Below are positions 56,719-64,000 of a stretch of 64,000 bases of DNA, in pieces. This DNA is from Patescibacteria group bacterium (GTDB lineage: Bacteria; Patescibacteriota; Microgenomatia; UBA1400; PJMF01). A program made the translations under genes and the position numbers. The notes under the pieces are model-generated. The model worked only from the letters and a program-made list of their open reading frames with translations. It did not search any database and was not told the DNA's origin. The stretch's first letter is position 1, and each line of letters starts with the position of its first letter. Location of the stretch: the NCBI GenBank assembly GCA_023382875.1, contig JAHDXH010000001.1:18571-82570 (forward strand), read 5' to 3'.

Positions 56719-57708
56719 TTAGACGAATACTTCAGCCATCATACAGCGTGCGCTTCCGCCACCTGTTCTTTCGATTTGGTCAATTTCAACAACTACGAGT
56801 TTACCGTATTGTTCCATAATTGCTCTTTGTTCCGGTGTGAAGCCATTATATGCAGTTTTGGACATCACAATTTTTTGACCCTCAGCTGAATTAACTTGCA
56901 AAATATTGCCACACATTTGACTCATTTGCTCAAGAGTAATGGCGATGACTTCTTTGCCGTTTTCGATTAGTTTTGTTTCAACTGCTTGTTTGTCTTTATC
57001 TTCTGGGATAGCTTCAAAACAAACGACTGCGAATTGTTCTCCAACGCTCATGACGACATTGGTGTGATAAATTTCATTACCTTGGGCGTCATTGGCGCGG
57101 AAAAAGACTGGCTCATAGCCGGTGGCTTCTCCGAAGTGGTTTACCCCGTCAACAGTAGTTCTTTGTGATAATGAAGCAAAAGCCAGTGCGTTTTGTCTGT
57201 CCAAAACTAAACTACCAGTTCCTTCTACAAATGAACCCTCTTTTTCTAGTTCGGTAAGGTCAACTACTGGCTTTTGAAGTACTATTCCAGCTTCTGCCAG
57301 AACCTCCATTGCTCTATTCAGCTGTCTTTCTTCGCGACGGTTTTTTGCCTTCATTGGGTAAAGGACAATTTTTGAATCGTGGAAAGAAATCCAGTTGTTT
57401 GGAAAGACTGCATCTGGAGTAGCAGCATAATCTCCAGCTTCATTGGTTCGATTGTCTAGGACAACAACTTTAATACCTTCATCTCTTAATTGGTTAACCA
57501 TCTCTACAAATTCTGTAAGCGCTCTATCTCTAATAATAGCTTCGCTAGCATTGGGTTCTCGGTGTTGGAAAAGGTTGTCAGGAGTGCCGGATTGATCATC
57601 GTAGGCAGTTTGTTCATTGAAGCCAAACATTGATGGGGTGATCATCATAATGATGTCAGTTATTTGTTTTTGTTCACGACCTTCAAGTTCTTGTGGTGTA
57701 CTTGACAT
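56719..57708 (-). CDS. ctlX: Amidinotransferase-superfamily protein, CtlX-like (citrulline utilisation hydrolase)
   Basis: FGFNEQTA, TPDAVFPNNWISFH, LYPM...NRREER, EGTGSLVLD, IYHTNV, GGGSARCMMAE. Confidence 0.8.
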   Translation of the reverse strand: MSSTPQELEGREQKQITDIIMMITPSMFGFNEQTAYDDQSGTPDNLFQHREPNASEAIIRDRALTEFVEMVNQLRDEGIKVVVLDNRTNEAGDYAATPDAVFPNNWISFHDSKIVLYPMKAKNRREERQLNRAMEVLAEAGIVLQKPVVDLTELEKEGSFVEGTGSLVLDRQNALAFASLSQRTTVDGVNHFGEATGYEPVFFRANDAQGNEIYHTNVVMSVGEQFAVVCFEAIPEDKDKQAVETKLIENGKEVIAITLEQMSQMCGNILQVNSAEGQKIVMSKTAYNGFTPEQRAIMEQYGKLVVVEIDQIERTGGGSARCMMAEVFV

Positions 57709-57845
57709 ACTGTCTCCTTTGGGCGGCTAACTAAAAATTAGATAATTGTACAATGGGAATTAGTATCGTGAAAGTCTTACTTATCCGTTACACCATCGTG
57801 ATACAATTGGGTGTAATTTAAGTAACAGTGGATAGGACATTTGGT

Positions 57846-58847
57846 ATGATATCACAACAAAATTCCCATGAATTGCTTATTAAGCTTATAGATATTCCAT
57901 CAATTAGTAGCGATGAAAATGCGGTTTGTACTTTTGTTTTTGACTTACTAAAGACAATGTCTTTTGATACTGTTCAAAGAATTCCCGTCGATGAACATGG
58001 CTTTAACATCTTTGCAACGAAAGGTGTACCTAAAGTTCTTTTGCAGGCTCATTTGGATGTGGTGCCTCCACATATTCCCTCTCGCGTTGATGAAACAAAA
58101 ATTTATGGTCGTGGTAGCTGTGACACTAAGGCCTCGGCGGCTTGCATGATTGTGGCAGCCCAACAAGCTTTAGCCGATGGCCTGACAAATTTTGGTGTGG
58201 TTTTCACAGTCAGAGAAGAAACAAGTATGGTTGGAATTAAAAAGCTAGTTTCGGCATTGCCTCAAATTCCTTTTACTATTGTTGGTGAACCTTCAAAGTT
58301 GCAACCCGTGACTAGTCACTTTGGGATGTTAACTTTGAATTTGGAAACTAAGGGAAAAGCTGCTCATACTAGCCAAGCTGGCGAAGGCGTTAACGCTATA
58401 GACGCACTTATCAAAGCTGCCGCTGATCTTCAAAAAATTACCATTCATCCAGACTCGATGCTTTCAGTTGTCAAAATTGAAGGGGGCGTGGCTTCAAACA
58501 TTGTGCCACCGCTTGCCAAAGCTCGCTACAGTTTTAGGATTTCACCAGATGACAAAAATGATTACTTGGAAATGTTCACCAAAGTTTTAAAAAATCATCC
58601 CTTAGCAACAGTCACCAAGGGTTTCGAAGCTGGCGCTGTGAAATCTAAATTACCTAGTGAGTTATCATTTTTAGGTAAAGGTCAGACAGTTAAATATTTC
58701 ACTGAGCTATCATTTTTACAATCTGGTGTTATTTTAGGACCTGGCGACATCATTCACGCTCACACCGACATCGAGCAAGTACAAAAAAAAGAATTAGACG
58801 AAGCGGTTCTTTTGTACGGCAAGATTTTGGTTGCTATGGCTAATTAA
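57846..58847 (+). CDS. M20 metallohydrolase, ArgE-like (acetylornithine/acetylcitrulline deacetylase)
   Basis: AHLDVVP, YGRGSCDTK, REE, GEP, GKAAH, GPG....AH...E. Confidence 0.8.
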   Translation: MISQQNSHELLIKLIDIPSISSDENAVCTFVFDLLKTMSFDTVQRIPVDEHGFNIFATKGVPKVLLQAHLDVVPPHIPSRVDETKIYGRGSCDTKASAACMIVAAQQALADGLTNFGVVFTVREETSMVGIKKLVSALPQIPFTIVGEPSKLQPVTSHFGMLTLNLETKGKAAHTSQAGEGVNAIDALIKAAADLQKITIHPDSMLSVVKIEGGVASNIVPPLAKARYSFRISPDDKNDYLEMFTKVLKNHPLATVTKGFEAGAVKSKLPSELSFLGKGQTVKYFTELSFLQSGVILGPGDIIHAHTDIEQVQKKELDEAVLLYGKILVAMAN

Positions 58848-59401
58848 ACGTCGGTGATATCAATAACCACGACATCGGCATTGCCATCTTGCAAAACAAT
58901 TTCTAAATTGCTTGGCCATTGTTCTGGATGCAGAAGTTTGCCTCCATTTGCTAACATGACTTGTTGCGACTTTAGATTATTGTGTTCGGCTACGCCAATA
59001 ATTTGAGCATTAGGTTTGGCAATTTTGCCTTTTTTGACTGTGTCTAACATAACTCTTGTCCCCCAGCCTTGACCCATATAATTTGAGGCAACTAGCCAGC
59101 TACCTAGCTCAAACAGTGGTGCGCCTTGGGCGGTTGTTCCTGGCCACTGCATGAGTTTGGCAAAAGCTACGATTTCAAAATCCTTGTCTTCATTCACAAA
59201 AATAGTGCCCATGCCTTTGGCGACAAAATCCATAATTTGATGAGGTGAAAATTGCAGCATCGAGTCAGGATACTGGCCTAATAAATCGGTTACTTGGCAA
59301 CACAGCTCGTATAAAAGTTTTGCTTCAAAATCTGGTAGCTCTTCAACTTCTTTATTTTGAAGATGAGATAGTGGGTTGAATTCAACAATACTGGAAGGCA
59401 T
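58844..59401 (-). CDS. GNAT acetyltransferase coupled to argG (possible short ArgA)
   Basis: LV...YMGQGWG acetyl-CoA motif A, N..S; ATG 1 nt after the argG stop. Confidence 0.7.
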   Translation of the reverse strand: MPSSIVEFNPLSHLQNKEVEELPDFEAKLLYELCCQVTDLLGQYPDSMLQFSPHQIMDFVAKGMGTIFVNEDKDFEIVAFAKLMQWPGTTAQGAPLFELGSWLVASNYMGQGWGTRVMLDTVKKGKIAKPNAQIIGVAEHNNLKSQQVMLANGGKLLHPEQWPSNLEIVLQDGNADVVVIDITDV

Positions 59402-59402
59402 A

Positions 59403-60596
59403 TTACTCCTTTTTAGTGGCATGAACTACGGCGGCAATTTTTCCTTGAAGTCCATATAGCTTGATAAATCCATCAGCCTCAACCGCAGACCAACTACTGC
59501 TTTGGGCGTAGCTAGCGATGTCAGGTTTGATCAGGGTGAAAGGAGAAGAAATTGCGACTGGCAAAACTTGGTTGGGTTGAACTTTGAGTTTCACTTCCCC
59601 ACTCACAACACTCTGTTCAGCATCAAAGAATGACTTCAGGTTAGCAACAACTGGTTCAAAAAACTTGCCAGTATAAAATAGGTCGGTTAAATGTTGTCCA
59701 AGCTCTGCGCCAATAGTTTGTTGTGGTTTGGTCAGAACTAATTGTTCCAAAGCTTTGTGAGCTGTTATTAATGCTAAAACACCTGGAGCTTCAAAGACGA
59801 TATGACCTTTGATACCAATCACACAGTCGCCAGTGTAATAACCTCGGCCATATCCATACTGACCTATCAGCTTGTTAAGTTTTTGCAGGATTGTTTCGCC
59901 CGACATCTTAACACCGTCAAGTGCGCAGGGAACGCCTTTGTCAAATTTAATAGTAATGTAGATGGGTTTGGTGGCAGTTGGTTTGGTCCAAATGAACATT
60001 GATTCGTCTGGTTCTTTGAGTTCATCGATTTCGCTGCCTGAGTAAGTAATGCCTAAGACATTTTGGTTAACAGAATATTTCTTGTGAAGGTTTGGGACTT
60101 CAAAACCTTTTTCTTTCAAAAATTCCATTTCTTTTTGTCTGTTACCGCCCATTTCTTTGATTGGTGAGTGAATGGTGATGTTGGGATCGAGAGTCATTAA
60201 AGCAACGTCAAACCTGACCTGATCGTTTCCCATTGCACTTGATCCATGAGCGACGTGGTTGACTTTTAGTTTATGAGCAACTTTTAAAACTTCCTCAGCA
60301 ATGATGTATCTATCGGTACACATGTTGGGATATGAACCTTGATATAGACCATTGGTTTTAATGATATATTCGACAACTGAATTAAACATTGAATTCATGC
60401 CATCAACTTGAATGTGTTTGATCGCACCAAATTTTTTTGATTTTTCAGCTATAGCTTTAAGTTCTTCTTTTGTGTAACCACCGGTTTCCACAGTCACGGT
60501 GATGACTTCGAAGCCTTGTTCTTGTAAATATGGAATTGAGAATGATGTATCAAGGCCGCCTGAAAATGCCAAGATAATTTGTTTTCCTTTTTTCAT
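59403..60596 (-). CDS. argG: Argininosuccinate synthase
   Basis: LAFSGGLDTS, AHG....GNDQVRF, YSVNQN, IGIK....FEAP, GFIKLYGL. Confidence 0.93.
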   Translation of the reverse strand: MKKGKQIILAFSGGLDTSFSIPYLQEQGFEVITVTVETGGYTKEELKAIAEKSKKFGAIKHIQVDGMNSMFNSVVEYIIKTNGLYQGSYPNMCTDRYIIAEEVLKVAHKLKVNHVAHGSSAMGNDQVRFDVALMTLDPNITIHSPIKEMGGNRQKEMEFLKEKGFEVPNLHKKYSVNQNVLGITYSGSEIDELKEPDESMFIWTKPTATKPIYITIKFDKGVPCALDGVKMSGETILQKLNKLIGQYGYGRGYYTGDCVIGIKGHIVFEAPGVLALITAHKALEQLVLTKPQQTIGAELGQHLTDLFYTGKFFEPVVANLKSFFDAEQSVVSGEVKLKVQPNQVLPVAISSPFTLIKPDIASYAQSSSWSAVEADGFIKLYGLQGKIAAVVHATKKE

Positions 60597-60905
60597 ATGT
60601 CCTTTCTGTGTGACATTAATTGTTTTTTAAATACAAAAAAACAACTTGATTAAAAATTACAGAAAGGGACGTTGAAAACGTGGTACCACCCTTTTTCCTC
60701 ACTTAAGTTGCCCTAAGTGAGCTCAGTCTATTTGCTCCGTTGCTCTAAACGAGTGACACAAATATGTGGCTATAACGGGCCCTGCCGTCTTAGATTTTGC
60801 TAAGCTCCTCAGCTTGAGAGTAGATCTCAAGCACTAAGAATCGCGACTTCTTAATTAGGATTTGTGGTTATTAAGATACAACATCAATCATTGCTGATGA
60901 CGTTA
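60597..60905 (-). promoter_or_regulatory. T-box riboswitch 2 (translational, SD-sequestering; ultrashort stem I; Arg specifier CGC)
   Basis: AAGGGTGGTACCACG at 60693-60679 pairing with CGTCCCTT; stem III CTCACTTAG/TTAAGTGAG; CCCGTTATAG; hairpin TAAGAA-GTCGCGA-TTCTTA; GTCCCTTTCTGT complementary to ACAGAAAGGAC just before the argG ATG. Confidence 0.88.
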
Positions 60906-60911
60906 AGCGAT

Positions 60912-60940
60912 ATAATACACAATAGTTTTTTTATTTGCAA
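60912..60940 (-). promoter_or_regulatory. sigma70 promoter of T-box leader 2
   Basis: TTGCAA-N17-TATTAT. Confidence 0.65.
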
Positions 60941-60958
60941 GATCGGAGAATGCAAGTT

Positions 60959-61879
60959 CTACTTTCTGACGAGTGGCAAAGTTAAACAATGCGGACCACC
61001 GCCTTGCGTAAGGATATCAGATAGTTCGACTTCAATAACTTCGATTCCACCCTCTCTCATTCTTTGATTAGTTTGTTTGTTTTCTGCTGCTGAAATAACT
61101 TTTCTGTCAGCAATTGCCAAAACATTAGTGCAACAAGTAGTATATTCATCTTTACTGGCTTCGATCAATTGGTACCCTTTGGTTTGCAAAAGTCTAATGA
61201 CATCATCAGGAATCCATTCCGGAATACAAACAATAGATTTGTTTCCCAAAATACCCATGACAGTATCGATATGAAATGCTTTATCTTCAAAAACTGGATA
61301 AACAGGAACAAACTGTGTGCCTGGGAAATGATCGCGCAACACTTCTAAACTTATCTCATTTGTTCGTGGTCCGATGCCCACTAAAGCCAGTTCTGAATTG
61401 AGCAAAGCAAAGTCTCCACCTTCAATTGTATAAGGTCTCGAATCTTCAATAATATTTTTGGCAGCTATATTCTGATAAATACCATCAACTTCACCTTTTC
61501 GATAATCATATTTCATGACTGATGGCAAAACTTTTCCTCCAATAATTACCCCCACATCTCTGGTAAACAAAGGGGTATGACCCACTCTACCAGGCTCAAC
61601 ATCAGAGTAAACTAACTCTATGCCTTGGCTTTCTAGTGTATCCATTAGTCCGCGAAATTGCCTGGTGGCAATCGGTTTTGACTCCAGAGCGACTGGGTTT
61701 CCTTGAGCATGGAAAGCTTGAACCGGGTTAACAATCAAATCATTAAACGAAGTAATCTCTTGAGGTGGTCTAACAACCATGACTTTGACTAAGGGTGAAA
61801 ATTCATTGTTTAGATGAGGGGTTATTTTTGGGCGATCATCTAGCTCATAATCAGGGTTAAGTTCAGGATTTCTTCGCAT
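60959..61879 (-). CDS. Amidinotransferase superfamily (DDAH / short arginine-deiminase-like) hydrolase
   Basis: NEFSPL..VMV, FTRD, EGGD, HIDT, TNVL, GGGPHCLTLPLVR. Confidence 0.88.
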   Translation of the reverse strand: MRRNPELNPDYELDDRPKITPHLNNEFSPLVKVMVVRPPQEITSFNDLIVNPVQAFHAQGNPVALESKPIATRQFRGLMDTLESQGIELVYSDVEPGRVGHTPLFTRDVGVIIGGKVLPSVMKYDYRKGEVDGIYQNIAAKNIIEDSRPYTIEGGDFALLNSELALVGIGPRTNEISLEVLRDHFPGTQFVPVYPVFEDKAFHIDTVMGILGNKSIVCIPEWIPDDVIRLLQTKGYQLIEASKDEYTTCCTNVLAIADRKVISAAENKQTNQRMREGGIEVIEVELSDILTQGGGPHCLTLPLVRK

Positions 61880-61932
61880 ATTGTTAGCGAGTATAATGAG
61901 TGCGCAATCACATGTAAATACTCAATGGAATT

Positions 61933-62358
61933 ATGAAAACTCATCAACAACCCGTCGGTGTCTGTGTAATTCTTCTCAATTCACAAGGTCAAATTTTATT
62001 GGGTAGGCGCAAAAATGGCTATAAATCAGGTGAGTATGGTTTGCCCGGTGGACATGTTGATGTCGATGAATTGACTGAACAGGCAGCAATAAGGGAAGTT
62101 CTGGAAGAAACTGGAATTAAAGGACTTAATTTTACTTTTTTAGGGTTGGTGCGCGAAAACCAAGGCGAATATGATTTCATTCACTTTGTTTATGTGGCCA
62201 AGTTGACTGACCAAGAGCCAAAATTAACTGAGCCTAATAAGTGTGAAGGTTGGGAGTGGTTCGATCAAAACAGTAAGTTTGATAATGTTTTGCGAGGTCA
62301 TTACGCAGCGATTAAATTATTTTTGGATAAAAAGACTTTAGCTGATTTGCCAAAATAA
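61933..62358 (+). CDS. NUDIX hydrolase (NUDT15/MutT-like)
   Basis: PGG.V...E....AAIREVLEETG, EPNKCEGWEW. Confidence 0.9.
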   Translation: MKTHQQPVGVCVILLNSQGQILLGRRKNGYKSGEYGLPGGHVDVDELTEQAAIREVLEETGIKGLNFTFLGLVRENQGEYDFIHFVYVAKLTDQEPKLTEPNKCEGWEWFDQNSKFDNVLRGHYAAIKLFLDKKTLADLPK

Positions 62359-62360
62359 AT

Positions 62361-62849
62361 TTACAAATAGAGTTCCATTAAATATTCGTCGTAAAATTTG
62401 TCATCAACTTTGAGGGCCATTTTTTGTTCGCCAATTATTACGAAGCCGATTGATTTATAAAGTTCGATGGCTGGCTTTTGTGTTGTGATAACACCAAGTT
62501 GAACTTTCTCAATTTCTTTTTTAGTTTTGGCAAAATCGATGGCAGTTTTAATTAATTCTCTGCCTAAACCTTGGTGACGAAATTTTGGACTAATGTAAAA
62601 ACTGACAATATTGGCAATATGCTTTTGTTTGGTTAGTTTTTCTTGGTAGCAGCCGATCATGCCAACTAAATTATCTTTTTCATCAATGGCAAAAAACATA
62701 TTTTCGATTTTGTTTTTCCACTCGGCTTGAGTTTCATTGTTGGTTTCTTCTGCGGTAGCGAGAAAAGATTGTGGCGAATTTTCAACTGCTTCTAAGCGAA
62801 GTCTTTTGTAATCTTGCCAACGGGATGGTGGAAGTTTGGCGATGGTCAT
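62361..62849 (-). CDS. GNAT acetyltransferase
   Basis: YKRLRLEA, FRHQGLG, AIELY..IGF. Confidence 0.88.
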   Translation of the reverse strand: MTIAKLPPSRWQDYKRLRLEAVENSPQSFLATAEETNNETQAEWKNKIENMFFAIDEKDNLVGMIGCYQEKLTKQKHIANIVSFYISPKFRHQGLGRELIKTAIDFAKTKKEIEKVQLGVITTQKPAIELYKSIGFVIIGEQKMALKVDDKFYDEYLMELYL

Positions 62850-62945
62850 GTTCTAATTATACTCGTATGAATATGGACAGGGATACAGTTTTAAAATTAG
62901 TTAAATCAGCACTCCAAGAAAGTTGAGCCGAAGTTGAATTTGTTT

Positions 62946-63977
62946 TTAATACTTGTCGATTACATTCAATAACTTTGTTTGTCCCGTACTCTCAGTTTTG
63001 ATAGGAATCTCAGTAAATTCCATACTTCCATCTTCAAAAATGTCTACTGCAACTAATAATCCCTTTTGGAAACGTTCATCAAAGTATTGATCAAAGACAA
63101 AATTGCCCAAGGAGTAGTAAATGGTTTTGCCAAGATACTCTTCTTTTTGTTGAACAATATGAGGATGGCTACCGATGATCAAATCAGTGCCTGCCTCTAT
63201 GAGCTGGTGAGCTTCACTGACGATGATTTGATTGGCTGTTGGTTTGTATTCTGGTCCCCAATGAGGCATGACGATGACTAAATCGGCAGCGGTAGTGGCA
63301 AACTGAATATCTTTGATAGCGGTTTCTAAACCATTGGTTACAAATTGATTGTAGCCAACAAAAGCCAAGCTTGGTTTTAGTTCGCTTTTGATAAAAACGC
63401 GCTCCTCTGGTTGTTTTTCAAAACCAGTATTGCCAAAAAAATCTATTTTTGCTTCTGATAAGTATTTTTTAGTTTGGGTTACGCCCTCTAGACCCAAATC
63501 TTCACTGTGGTTATTGGCCAAAGAAACAATTTGAAAGTTATTGCGCTTAAGCATTGGCGCAACGCTTGGGTCGAAGGTGAAAGTAAAGTGATTGGGGTCG
63601 TCGACTGCTGTATTAACACTGCGAGTTGGGTAGGTAGTAATTGTTCCTTCTAGATTGGCCACAACCAAATCATATTGATAGAACGTTGGTGTTAATTCGG
63701 CAAGGATAAAATCAACTCCATTTTTTTCCATACTTGTGCGGATTGATCTATCTAACATTACATCACCGCCAAAAAGTATTCGGTACTTGGGCTTTATTGG
63801 TTTGGGGTTAGGTTGGAGTTTGAGAAAGTTGAGTTGAGTGACCGTAGGTGGTTTGTCAGAATTTTTTTCACCGTCAAATAATTTAGTTTTATTAATTATG
63901 GCAAATAAAGAAAAAACTATTAAAAGTATTGCAAACGTTGTTTTAAAATATTTATGTATAGAAAGATTTTTTGGCAA
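62946..63977 (-). CDS. CapA / PGA_cap metallophosphatase-family protein
   Basis: GDVMLDR, NLEG, LANNH, HWG.EY, GSHPH, YSLGNFVFDQ; N-terminal TM. Confidence 0.9.
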   Translation of the reverse strand: MPKNLSIHKYFKTTFAILLIVFSLFAIINKTKLFDGEKNSDKPPTVTQLNFLKLQPNPKPIKPKYRILFGGDVMLDRSIRTSMEKNGVDFILAELTPTFYQYDLVVANLEGTITTYPTRSVNTAVDDPNHFTFTFDPSVAPMLKRNNFQIVSLANNHSEDLGLEGVTQTKKYLSEAKIDFFGNTGFEKQPEERVFIKSELKPSLAFVGYNQFVTNGLETAIKDIQFATTAADLVIVMPHWGPEYKPTANQIIVSEAHQLIEAGTDLIIGSHPHIVQQKEEYLGKTIYYSLGNFVFDQYFDERFQKGLLVAVDIFEDGSMEFTEIPIKTESTGQTKLLNVIDKY

Positions 63978-64000
63978 TTTATTTTGGCAGCATTAAAGAA

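Noticed and set aside
57709-57845. Possible riboswitch between ctlX and the argE-like gene (TTACACC/GGTGTAA and TTATCC/GGATAG inverted repeats)
   Set aside because: No T-box or SAM-I core consensus; could simply be divergent promoter/operator sequence.
1-64000. Alternative genetic code (UGA=Gly as in Gracilibacteria/Absconditabacteria)
   Set aside because: Conserved genes are full length under table 11 and several end correctly in TGA (e.g. uvrC, the regulator ending at 2659).
1-64000. CRISPR array, IS element, retron/DGR or rRNA
   Set aside because: No regularly spaced repeats, transposase, reverse transcriptase or rRNA-like sequence recognised.

Overview
AT-rich, gene-dense bacterial chromosomal window using the standard code (table 11). 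Gene content and style suggest a Patescibacteria/CPR (Microgenomates-like) genome; this is an inference. It contains housekeeping genes (serS 3' end, hflX, uvrC, udk, maf, galE-like, trmH-like), two tRNAs, a copper/metal cluster, an ABC exporter pair, a wzm/wzt polysaccharide locus, a quinone-stress module and a two-component general-stress cluster. The most striking region is an arginine/citrulline locus at about 53.5-61.9 kb. It carries two T-box riboswitches that lack the long canonical stem I and instead share a tiny hairpin with the loop AGUCGCG (candidate Arg specifier CGC). One T-box appears translational (sequesters the argG SD). The other is transcriptional and controls an uncharacterised operon (PRTase-like orphan, BtpA/SgcQ, PfkB kinase), pointing to an undescribed arginine-salvage route. 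Other oddities are a tRNA-Ser with an ACT anticodon, a dual-coding overlap between a transglutaminase membrane anchor and the UvrC GIY-YIG motif, pervasive leaderless gene starts, and a high-GC orphan gene with a long structured leader. No transposase, integrase, CRISPR array or rRNA was seen.
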